A DNA stretch of 64,000 nucleotides from Oikopleura dioica (taxonomy: Eukaryota > Animalia > Chordata), in the NCBI GenBank assembly GCA_907165135.1, contig OU015569.1:11284001-11348000 (forward strand), in the 5' to 3' direction. Both the position numbers and the translations under genes were made by a program. This document shows positions 41,139 through 51,227 of the stretch, piece after piece. The notes under the pieces were generated by a model, which saw only the letters and a program-made list of their open reading frames with translations, was not told the DNA's origin and made no database searches. Each line of letters begins with the position of its first letter. Positions within the stretch are counted from its first letter, which is position 1.

Positions 41139-43701
41139 ATGAGCAGACAGAGTTACTATGCATTCGACCCGACGAGAAGGACGAGGGAGAAGTACACAAG
41201 ATTAATCAAAGAACATGAGGTGCTATTTTTATTAATGTTAATAAAAAAAGAAGTAGATGCCTCCCTAAATTGACGATAGATAGGGGGTGCACAGTGGGAA
41301 AATCGAATTTTTTATCATCCTCTTATTGGGATGAAAAATATATCGATAGAAAGCCCATGATCTACTGATCATTTTAACATGTGAATTGGGGTCATTGAAG
41401 GTCACGTGAGGTCACTTGAGGTCAAAATCTGATTTTTCTCAAAGTCGACGTAACTAGGGTTTCTTTGCATGATTTTGATCGCTAATGATCACTGATCATA
41501 AAAATTATCATAAAACACTCATCCGGACCAATCCTGAGCAATCAGAGCAAAAAATAAAAAAATGAGGAAACTTAAATTTCACTGTAAAAATTCTTGAATA
41601 TAAAATCTTGACAAAATGATAACCATAAAGCTAATAAAATCTTGAGCAATAAAAATTTAATAATGACGGGAGCGGGTGGGGTTGGGGACAACACTATAAT
41701 AATAATCAGCGAAATCAAGAATTTCGGATCAAAGGCCTTTGTCAATCCCATTTAAAATTAAAAGCCAGGGACGGGGCTGAGACGGCCCGAAGGGCCGTCA
41801 AGCCCATTTAAAATTAAAAGCCAGGGACGGGGCTGAGACGGCCCGAAGGGCCGTCAAGCCCATTTAAAATTAAAAGCCAGGGACGGGGCTGAGACGGCCC
41901 GAAGGGCCGTCAAGCCCATTTAAAATTAAAAGCCAGGGACGGGGCTGAGACGGCCCGAAGGGCCGTCAAGCCCATTTAAAATTAAAAGCCAGGGACGGGG
42001 CTGAGACGGCCCGAAGGGCCGTCAAGCCCATTTAAAATTAAAAGCCAGGGACGGGGCTGAGACGGCCCGAAGGGCCGTCAAGCCCATTTAAAATTAAAAG
42101 CCAGGGACGGGGCTGAGACGGCCCGAAGGGCCGTCAAGCCCATTTAAAATTAAAAGCCAGGGACGGGGCTGAGACGGCCCGAAGGGCCGTCAAGCCCATT
42201 TAAAATTAAAAGCCAGGGACGGGGCTGAGACGGCCCGAAGGGCCGTCAAGCCCATTTAAAATTAAAAGCCAGGGACGGGGCTGAGACGGCCCGAAGGGCC
42301 GTCAAGCCCATTTAAAATTAAAAGCCAGGGACGGGGCTGAGACGGCCCGAAGGGCCGTCAAGCCCATTTAAAATTAAAAGCCAGGGACGGGGCTGAGACG
42401 GCCCGAAGGGCCGTCGAGCCCATTTAAAATTAAAAGCCAGGGACGGGGCTGAGACGGCCCGAAGGGCCGTCAAGCCCATTTAAAATTAAAAGCCAGGGAC
42501 GGGGCTGAGACGGCCCGAAGGGCCGTCAAGCCCATTTAAAATTAAAAGCCAGGGACGGGGCTGAGACGGCCCGAAGGGCCGTCAAGCCCATTTAAAATTA
42601 TAAGCCAGGGACGGGCCCGGGTTTAATAAATTTTATTAAATTATGATTACTTTTTCCTCTTCCAGGAGCATTCTTCCACCAGCGAAGTCCTCCGGAGGAC
42701 AATTTATGACTCACGCTGGATCACATGATCAGTTTCAATCGTTTAGAGTGGAAAACGGTCATGAAAAAAAAATGTCATCGTCGGGATTCGAACACCCCAC
42801 TTGGCCGAAAAGTGAAGGATTTTGACAGAAAATCGGCTCTAGAATTTTTTGCTCACGAGTGCACAAGATCATATGACTATCATTTGAAAGCGCATGATCT
42901 GCTCTCTTTAATGCTAGAAAATTACAAGGTAACCTTTTGGCACTTTTTTTCTATAGGCAAAAGTATGTTTAGTCTACCCTTCTCACGTGATTTTAGGGGT
43001 GAAAATGTGCTTTTTGGGTTTCCGTGTAATGAAATAAAATGATCCTTAGAAGAAAACGGATCTTTTTGATAGGTTACAATATAGATACATGTACTTTTAA
43101 ATTATCCGATTTTCCCACTGTGCACCCCCTAACGATAGAGGATTAGGAAATGACTAGGGACTTTAGGGAAAATCACTGATATAATTTGAATCTATCATAT
43201 ATTCTTTAGGAGTCGATGGCAAGTACGTATATGAGCGAGTACCAGAGAACATACAAGAATCTGAATCCACTAGTAACTCATTCCATCGATGTTCCAGAAG
43301 ATGTTTCTTCCAATTCTGCTGACACAAGTAACCAGGAATTAACATGGGAAAGATACTTGTCGACTGAGTCGCCACGCTTTGAGTACACGCCCCGGGCGAG
43401 ATTTGCATCAGAAACCAGTGGCTTCTGTCGGACGAGTGAGCCGTTTTCGAGCGCAAAATGCACCCGTGGCAATCTGGCCCAGCCCTCTGAAATTGACCGA
43501 GAATTGAAAGAAGCAGAAACGAAAAATGGTGGAAAAATCAAGATTTACAGAGACGCGGCGACAGAAACAGTAAACACTACTGGCACCCAAACACCCCTAC
43601 AGCCAGTCTACAGAGCTTCAAATTACAGACAGAAACTACAGGCGGTGAAAGAAGCAAACTACCGGCGGAAACCGCAGAGCATCGGTTTTTACTTAAAATA
43701 A
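41139..43701 (+). CDS. hypothetical protein, 2 exons (41139-41219 and 43210-43701), intron inflated by the hAT element
   Basis: Exon 1 MSRQSYYAFDPTRRTREKYTRLIKEHE ends at a GT donor (41220). It joins in phase 0 to TTTAG|GAG TCG ATG, in frame with ORF 43216-43701. Confidence 0.65.
41281..43131. mobile_element. non-autonomous hAT-type DNA transposon, 1,851 bp
   Basis: Perfect 25-bp TIR TAGGGGGTGCACAGTGGGAAAATCG (41281-41305 and 43107-43131). Perfect 8-bp TSD ACGATAGA (41273-41280 and 43132-43139). The TAGGG start is Ac-like. No transposase ORF. Confidence 0.92.
41747..42615. repeat. 56-bp tandem minisatellite, 15 full units plus one partial
   Basis: Unit CCCATTTAAAATTAAAAGCCAGGGACGGGGCTGAGACGGCCCGAAGGGCCGTCAAG, starting at 41747+56n. 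One A>G variant at 42416. Confidence 0.97.
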
Positions 43702-44002
43702 AAACAAGACCTGCTGAAATTAAAAAAAAACAAGATTTTATGTACAACGTATTCTTTATTGAAATATGTTTCTTTTTCTTTTTCAAATCAAATGAATGTT
43801 ACAACTGTGTAAAATTTGAACTGTGAAATGAGTGAATGGAATCAAACCAAAAAAAAACAACGGTGAAATGTTTCGTTAGCATTTACTATCGGCGGCCACA
43901 ATGACGATCTGAAAAAGGGGTTGTTTTTTAGGGAAATGAATCTGGAATAAGAATGATATCGGTACCATCAGATAGCGACATAGAAGAGAACAGGGACTTA
44001 CA

Positions 44003-45109
44003 TTAAGTGAAGGTCTTGAGTTGATTTATGGAGAGAATGAGCTGGTCGGTGTCTGCTTCCGTGCTCTTCGCCCGTTCCCTCGTCGTCTCCGGTATATAAG
44101 GAGTGTTGACCGACAGACGCCGAAAGAGCGCGGGCGTTGAGGCGTGCGCCGAGGTCACAGTCGACGCTCTGGGCCGACCATGATCCGTCGTCGTCACTTG
44201 CGAAACTAGTTTTGTGTTAATGTAGTCTTTGGCCAGTTCCAGAGAGTCGATAGTTTCGAATGTACTAAATATAGATAGTCAATAATCAAACGAATAGAGT
44301 TTGGTTTACCTTTTGCGTTCAGGGTTGATTGAATTTAATCTTTCAGATTCTATAGCATTTAGAGTTGAACATATGCTTGCTTGTCTTCTGCTTCTTTTTG
44401 CAACTGGCAGCTCGGGATACTGCTTCCTCAGCTCCTCGACCAGTTTACACACATTTCCTTCTCCAACCTCCGAACTTCTTACATCTGTGCTCACAATCAG
44501 TCAAGAGCTCTTTCTCAAAAGCCTTACCTTTCATACTAATCAATGGCCTTATACCCTGGCGTCTTTTGTGGTGTTTAGTGATATAATCGTCTGATGATCC
44601 GAGATTCTCCTCCTCGTCCGCGTAACCGGAGTCGCGGCGATCATCTGGAGCATCGACCGGTCGACCGGCCTCATCAGCGTCTTCATCGACTTCTCTACAA
44701 AGCAACTTTTACGACAAGTAGCATAGTTGATATCGAAAAAAAAATTTTGTGGGCTAAAAATTCTTCCTGGAACATCTGAAGGTCCAAAAAAGGATGAACC
44801 AACTCGCAATTGATCATGCTACTCTCTTCTTGGTTCTAGAGTAGAAAATCTGGTATCAAGAAGGGTCGAGGAAGAAAAAAGAAGGAAAGAGCGACCGAGA
44901 AGCCGCTTGCAGCTTCGAGTAAAAGAAAATATAGGTGCGGCTTTTTCAACTTATATTCTCTCGAAGCCGCAAGCGGCTTATCGGTCGCTTTTTCCTTCTT
45001 TCTTCTTCCTCAATCCTTCCTGATACTAGAAGCAAAAAAGAGTAAGAAACTAGTAAAAACGGAAAAAATTCTCTGAGTACCTCTGGATGGCTTCTTTGAC
45101 TGCAAACAT
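44003..45109 (-). CDS. hypothetical protein, ~4 exons
   Basis: Phase-consistent GT-AG model: MFAVKEAIQR|EVDEDADE...MK|DVRSSEV...ERKS|TFETIDSL...QLKTFT*. Confidence 0.55.
44849..45030. repeat. family B foldback element in intron
   Basis: Inverted arms of ~70 bp, each containing CGAGAAGCCGCTTGC(A/G)GCTTCGAG. Confidence 0.8.
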
Positions 45110-45610
45110 TCGTAACGATTATAAAAAAATATCAAAAACAAAATAGTAGTAGTGCGGGAAAAACGAGTAATGTAGCGAGTGGCGGTGAAAATTCGTAAAA
45201 AATATTCAAAAAAACGGGCGAAAAGCGACTGGATGTATTTTTCGTCCAGCTCTTTTGGGTTCCAAAATCAGTTTTGTCGGTGTTTTTTTCAGAAAAAAAT
45301 TGTTTTTGAGAATGCAAAATCGAGCCGACTATAGGCACCGCTGGGCGAACTCTACCGCCCCTTGTTTTCCACCTATTTTGGAAAAGTACCAACAAAGAGG
45401 AAAGCAAAAGAAAAAGTAACGAAAATCACTCTTTGTTGAACTTTCAACCCGCGGGACCTTTTCTATCTAAGATGAACTTGATTTTCCGTCTTTTTTTCGA
45501 AAGAAAGAAATTGGGAGTTTTGAATCAATCGGAATTTAATTGAATAAGATAGATAAAAAGTAGTCGAAAGAAGAAATAGAAGAAGGATCAGCAGATACAG
45601 AACGGTGGAA

Positions 45611-47453
45611 TTATTGCATTTGAAGAAGGCTTTCGATGGCGGCGTCCTTAAATTTGAGTTAATTTTATTGGAAAGCGAGAAGCCGCTTGCGGCTTCGAGT
45701 GAATGAAAAAATAAGCTGCATTTTCGCGGCTTTTCCATTCTTTTTGATAAGTTTAATATATTTTTAAATAAGAATAAGCCGATTTTGGCTTCCGGTATGT
45801 AAGAATAAAAAGCCGCGCAAGCGCGGCTAATTTTAATTTAACTCGAAGCCGCAAGCGGCTTCTCGGTTTTACTCAAGTTTTTTTTATTTTTATATTTTTT
45901 TGTAATTTTACCTTGTTGCCGTTATTAGCAGTAAGCACTGTTTTGATGACGGATTTGTCGGTCGTTGGAAACATTTCGTGAATTTGATTGATATCCTAAA
46001 ATTGGAAGGGTTCAAAGGGATTTCGGATAATTGCTGATTACACTTTCGGTGATGGCCGGACGCGGAGGTGCTTGCTGAGCGGTTTGAAAGGACTGACTGA
46101 TGATGGCTTGTTCGTAGGGTTGGTTGAACATTGGTTGCTGGTATTTGTTGTAGGAGAGGATCAAATTTACTTTGGCAGGATAGCAAATGATGAAAATAGT
46201 CCGTAGACGGCTACCTATTGCGGTATGTTAGCAATAATTTTTCGGTAAAATGACTTTTTCTATCTATTACAGAGGTGTCTCACGAATACGAACACGTCCA
46301 TCAAGCGCACTGACTGGTCGAGCCAAGAACCTTGTTTCTAGCTTTGAGGTTGACTAATCAGGTCGCTTGATGGAGCTATTCAATATTCTAAACCACCTCT
46401 GTAATTGAAATAAAAGCTGACTCTGTTGATCTCATAATGCTGTTATCCGTTCCTTGTCCCTCCTGATCGAGGCCTTGCTTTCCAGATAAATTGTAAAACT
46501 CGTTGACAGTTTCTCCATCGAAAACTCGCGGTGGAATAGGAATCGTTGCGTAGGCCACTCGTTCGTCTTTGGTGAAGCTTTTTTCGTCGAAGATTTCCAC
46601 TGTGAAGCTGTCGACTCCATTTGGAAGCGTCGCTGAAATGCAAAGGTTACTTTTCCTACATTCAGATTGACATTTACCGTAGAGGATTTTGCCCCACATT
46701 GGGTTTTTTCCTCCGTTGTGGCTCGTTTCCGTTTCGTAGACATTGTGGCCGACGCGGATTCGACAGTAAGGGTCCATTCTCGTGATTCCCAACATCGAGT
46801 AACTCTTCGCCAGGCGCGCTTCGACTACTGTCACGCTCAGGCGACCCACAGTAACGTAGGGAACATGGCTTGGAAACTGACCAGGACTGGCGCCAGCGAC
46901 GGGAGTAGCTGATCCTCGGGAAGCTTCTTGGGTTGCTAGTGCTTCTGCGGCGCGGACTGAAGCTCGTTCTCCTTGTTCTCGCTGCAGTTGACTATAAAGA
47001 GCAAGGGTTAATTCAGTGTGCCTATAGCAGTAAATTTAAAACTCAGAGATGATTGTAGAAAATTGAATTCTATGCAATGAGAAGATAAAGTAGATAATTG
47101 ATAGTAATCAACAGCCGGATTCAGCTGCTGTGAAAATTGTGGCGCCCTTTTTCTTGAAATAAAAACGATCATTGCAGAAAATCTATGCTCATATGAAATG
47201 ATAGCCCAAGGATTGAGTACTCTTAACCGAAATCTAACAAGATATTTGTCTGATTATTATCTCTAAGTGTTATTTCTACTATAATCTGTTCCTTTTTCGA
47301 AAAATATTATTTATGAGATGAATCACAAAGAAATTCAGTACACCATAGCCGTTCGATGAACTGTGAATAAAAACCGTTTACTTACACATTGGATCTAAGA
47401 AATTCATCCGGCAACTGACCAAGCATCAACTGGCCCCTGTGAGTAGATTGCAT
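45611..47453 (-). CDS. TOLLIP: Toll-interacting protein (TBD, C2, CUE), multi-exon
   Basis: [36 protein letters not shown]...[14 protein letters not shown] domain [15 protein letters not shown]...NK|[10 protein letters not shown]. Confidence 0.93.
45676..45865. repeat. family B foldback element in TOLLIP last intron
   Basis: Perfect 25-bp inverted ends CGAGAAGCCGCTTGCGGCTTCGAGT / ACTCGAAGCCGCAAGCGGCTTCTCG. Confidence 0.85.
46270..46401. mobile_element. 132-bp MITE with TA flanks (Tc1/mariner-like) in TOLLIP intron
   Basis: TA|CAGAGGTG...CATCAAGCG...CGCTTGATG...CACCTCTG|TA. Confidence 0.7.
47083..47206 (+). repeat. family C dispersed intronic repeat, copy 1
   Basis: Blocks GATAATTGATA, CAGCCGGA, CAGCTG, GTGGCGCCCTTTTT and AAATGATAGCC are shared with 48349-48483 and 49838-49969. 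Confidence 0.7.
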
Positions 47454-47699
47454 TTTCTTCTATTTTTTTTTCTATTCTAGCGTTTCTTTTGCTTCCTTTT
47501 CTTGATTTTTCTCCGTTCTTTGATTTGATTCTTTCTCTGAAGCGGCGCTTTTGAAGTTTCTTGTTCTTCGGAGCTGATTTCTGATTCTCTCAAAATTGGC
47601 GCGCGCGCTGATTGGCTGCTCGCAGAACGCTCGAGAACTAAAGAAGAAGAACTTGCTGAAGAAAGAGGAGTCGAAGAAAATCCCAAAATACAGTCAGGG

Positions 47700-50325
47700 A
47701 TGCTCCAGTGGGCGAAAGAGAACTTAGAAATAAAACGAATCAAGTCAGCAGATTTACCTATAGAAGATTTCCGCAGTAAGAATTAATTTCAATATCTGTA
47801 TTTTTGATAGTTCAATTTCTAGGTTTCCGCGGCTTTATAATATTATTATCGGAAAGCTGCTTGCGGCTTAAAGTAATAGAAAATTTATCGCACGCAAGGC
47901 GCGGCTTTTCTGAGTTCATTTTCGCTCGGAGCCGCATGCGGCTTTTCGATGGGGCTTCGACTGAAAAATCAGAAAAGCCGCGCTATGGGTTATTTTGCTC
48001 GAAGCCGCAAGCGGCTTTTCGGATTTACGCGGTATTAGAAATATTCTCTTTTTCGGGTATAAAAGTTTATTCAGTATTTAGCCGAATATGTTCACAAAAA
48101 CGTTCCAGTAATAATCGAAGGCGCATTGGCAAAGCTCGACTGTCGAGCCTGGGACTTGGATTTTCTTAAAAGAAATATTGGAAGCTGCAAGGTTCAATGC
48201 AGAGGAAAGACGAACTTGGAGAGTTACCGAAAAGGAACGAAGTACTGTATTCACGAAACTACAGTTGGAGAGTACATTGAAGACCTCAAGACTGGACACA
48301 AACGATCTGAAAGGAGCTGGTCAATTTTACTCAGTAGATTAAAAAGTAGATAAGGTAGATAATTGATAAGATACCAACAGCCGGACTAGCCAGCTGTAAC
48401 TAGAAAAAAAGGCTCGTGGCGCCCTTTTTCGATATAAAAGCAATTTCAAAATCTGGAATTATCATATTCAGAAAATGATAGCCTTTTCTCTTTGTTTTTC
48501 TAGCAAAACCGGAAATCCATTTTTCCGACATTGTTAATTTTCATTTATTGAAATTTTGATTTATAAAATGAAGCGTTTCCTTTGAAATCTTGACTTGTAC
48601 CCTTAGTTGAAATTTTGAAATGAATCTTCACTTTCACTTGACTCACGTTCAGGGCAAAAGTACTGTAGTCCCTTTATTACTGAATCAATCTTAATTTATT
48701 ACTCCAATTACCCTAAAATGAATCTGATTATTTTATCTGTCGTTGAGTATATATTATCCAATTCATTTTTCATTCAAAAATACAAATTGATGAAGCCAAA
48801 GAAAGCCGCTACCTCGCAGCCCAAAACATAAAACGCGCCTTTCCCGACATCGCGCATTGTCACTGCGTACCTCCCTACGTCGAAAAGAACAAAATCCACG
48901 CAGGTCCGTTTCTTTGGTTTGCGAGAAAAGACCACTACGAGTACACGCATGTTGATCCGGATGAAGGTTGTTTGATGATTTTGGAAGGCGAGAAGACTGT
49001 TCGGCTCATTTCGAATGAGTTTTGGAAGGAGCTCGAGCCCAATCCACTTGGATCTATGGGAAGAACTGTCCAATCAAGGAAAGAGCTACTGAGATTAAGA
49101 TGATCATTAGGAGTCCTATAATTTATGACTCTTTAGAACCTGACCCAGGTTTTCTGTACGGAATGCCGAGTCTCTCGATCTATAATCGTCCTTTTTGGAG
49201 CTCTAGACAGCGTCGACTTGGAAAACCCAACCCCTGCCCAGATAGAAAACCTCAAAAACATAACTTGTCATTTCGCCACAATCCGCCCCGGCGATCTTCT
49301 TTACATTCCAGCTCTTTGGTGGCATCAAGTTTCTGCTCTGTCGCACGGACTTTCTATTAACATCTTCTGGGGCGAAAAAGGCGACAACAACTTTACGAAG
49401 AAGGTGCTTACCGAGCCGACACTGACTGCTTTCAAATACTGGATGTTGAACGTCGTCGAGCAAAATAAGAAACATTCTTCGTGGACGCGCATTCTCGCTC
49501 GTTTCCCGAAAGTGCTCGAGAATTTCTTGCTGAAGCAGTGGCACGAGTACCCCACCGACGAACAGATCGAAACCATCAAACGGTTCGTGATGCAGCATTT
49601 GAAGATCACAATACTGCCAGCTTTAGAAGCCAACCCGCCGAAAAATCCGCCGCCGCTGAAGATTCGGGGCTTGCTTCATCGGGATAGAGGACAAGGTAAA
49701 ACAATATTGAAATCATCAAACGCTAGAATAGAGAGTATCGGCTTTTTTGATGGTTGTTTTCAAGAAGTAAAAGGCCTTTGACTCGCCGAAAAGTGCCCTA
49801 AAAGGTACTGGTTTGTTCAAATATTCATGTGAATGGAGTAGATAACTAGAAAAGATAATTGATAATGATCGACCGCTGGACTAAACAGCTGATTAACACT
49901 AGTGGCGCCCTTTTTGTCAAAATAAAACCGAGCATTTCAGAAAATCTTTACTCAAAGAAAATGATAGCCTCTACTTGAAAATTCCATGTAGGTCGTGATT
50001 GTCCTAGTATTTATATAATATATGTTATGTTAAATGATTCTGAGTCATCAAGATTTTCTTCAACTATTTCTACGAATAAAATTGAACAAATTTATGTCTA
50101 TTTCTATGAAAAATTATTGTCGAAATCGCTTGTCTTCTTTCGCTTAAATCCTAATAATACTCAAATGAAATTCTTAAAATTAACTTAGGACAGGAGAAAA
50201 AGAAAAAAGCAGTACCACGAAAGCTGAAGAGGACCAAGGAAGAAAACCTAGCACTCGTGGCAAAGAAGAAAAAGTTTCAGTTAACTTATTATCATGAGGA
50301 CACCGACGACAGCGCTCCTCTCTAA
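47700..50325 (+). CDS. JmjC/cupin-8 family Fe(II)/2-oxoglutarate oxygenase, multi-exon; start uncertain
   Basis: EYVHKNVPVIIEG, YLAAQNI, LWF...YTHVDP (HxD) and IRPGDLLYIPALWWHQV...SINIFW (distal His). The last exon ends at TAA 50323-50325. Confidence 0.85.
47850..48021. repeat. family B foldback element in JmjC intron 1
   Basis: AAGCTGCTTGCGGCTT ... GAGCCGCATGCGGCTT ... GAAGCCGCAAGCGGCTTTTCG. Confidence 0.75.
48349..48483 (+). repeat. family C dispersed intronic repeat, copy 2
   Basis: Same conserved blocks as 47083-47206. Confidence 0.7.
49838..49969 (+). repeat. family C dispersed intronic repeat, copy 3
   Basis: Same conserved blocks as 47083-47206. Confidence 0.7.
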
Positions 50326-50360
50326 CCCTCCTGATGGCGTTTTTCGTTTAGACTGAAAGA

Positions 50361-50640
50361 ATGGCGGACTTTGAGGCGAAAATGCAATTGGCAGAGCTGG
50401 AAGGGATGCGAGATCTTTTCCAGAAAATCACGGACTTGTGCTTCACACGCTGCATTCGCGGCAATTATTCAACTGGCGAAATGACTCGGCCGGAGTCGAT
50501 CTGCGCCGACGAATGCGTAATAAAAGTACAAAAATAGCCAGTTAGGGGAACTGTAACTAACATGCATTTAGTTTATGAATATTCACCAGAAAATTGGGCC
50601 GATTCTCAACGAAATGGCTGAGGAACAAGCTCGTCTGTAG
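50361..50640 (+). CDS. small Tim chaperone, divergent TIM10-like paralog (2 exons; missed by the ORF track)
   Basis: MADFEAKMQLAELEGMRDLFQKITDLCFTRCIRGNYSTGEMTRPESICADECVIK|FMNIHQKIG...*. Twin CX3C with 16-aa spacing; intron 50526-50571. Confidence 0.85.
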
Positions 50641-50762
50641 CGTCATTTCTGAAGCCGTCTCTATTAATTAAAAAATTGAAACCGTTCTCAAAATGTATAT
50701 ACGCGATGAAGAAAAAGCCCCTTCTATCAAGAATCTGATCCATCCATTGTGTTCAGAGAAAA

Positions 50763-51113
50763 ATGGCGGACTTGGCTCAACAGTTGGAGGCGGAGGCCAT
50801 GGCTGATATGTTCAACAAAATGGTCGATTCCTGCCACTACAAATGCATTGGTAAGCAATCCAATCCGCTTTTCTGAGCTAATCGATAATTCTAGCGCAAA
50901 ATTACAAAGAAGGAGAAATGAATAAGGCCGAATCGGTGTGTGTCGATCGATGCTCTCTCAAATATATGGAAATGCACGGTAAGAAGCATTCTTCCTTCTT
51001 GAAAAACTAGAAGTGCTGCCCTTCTTACAGTAGCTTCTTTAGATGAAGTGGGCCGCTTAATCGCAGAAAAGTCAAAGGAGAACGAAGAAAAGCTACTGCT
51101 TGAGAAGCAATAG
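50763..51113 (+). CDS. TIMM10: mitochondrial import chaperone TIM10 (3 exons; missed by the ORF track)
   Basis: EAEAMADMFNKMVDSCHYKCI|AQNYKEGEMNKAESVCVDRCSLKYMEMH|DEVGRL matches the TIM10 motif MMADMYNRM..CHRKC...GESVCLDRC. Confidence 0.88.
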
Positions 51114-51227
51114 TCTCAATAACTCTTTCTCTCTCTCTGTGATTATCTACCAAAACCAAACTAGGATAATAAATTATTTACAATATTTCCACAAGACGGA
51201 AATAAGAGTGCATCTTGTTTTCTAAGA

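Noticed and set aside
41747-42615. CRISPR array
   Set aside because: The units are contiguous and identical with no unique spacers, there are no cas genes, and the context is eukaryotic.
41747-42615. Satellite-type hammerhead ribozyme (CTGAGA followed by a stem-loop)
   Set aside because: The core needs CUGANGA and GAAA after stem II. The unit has CTGAGAC and TCAA, so the consensus is not met.
44003-44240. Dual-coding last exon (two frames open)
   Set aside because: The upstream TTTAG acceptor gives one phase-consistent frame. A second open frame over ~200 GC-rich bases is expected by chance.
44849-48021. Bacterial REP elements or contamination
   Set aside because: The palindromes lie inside spliceosomal introns of clearly animal genes and do not match the REP consensus.
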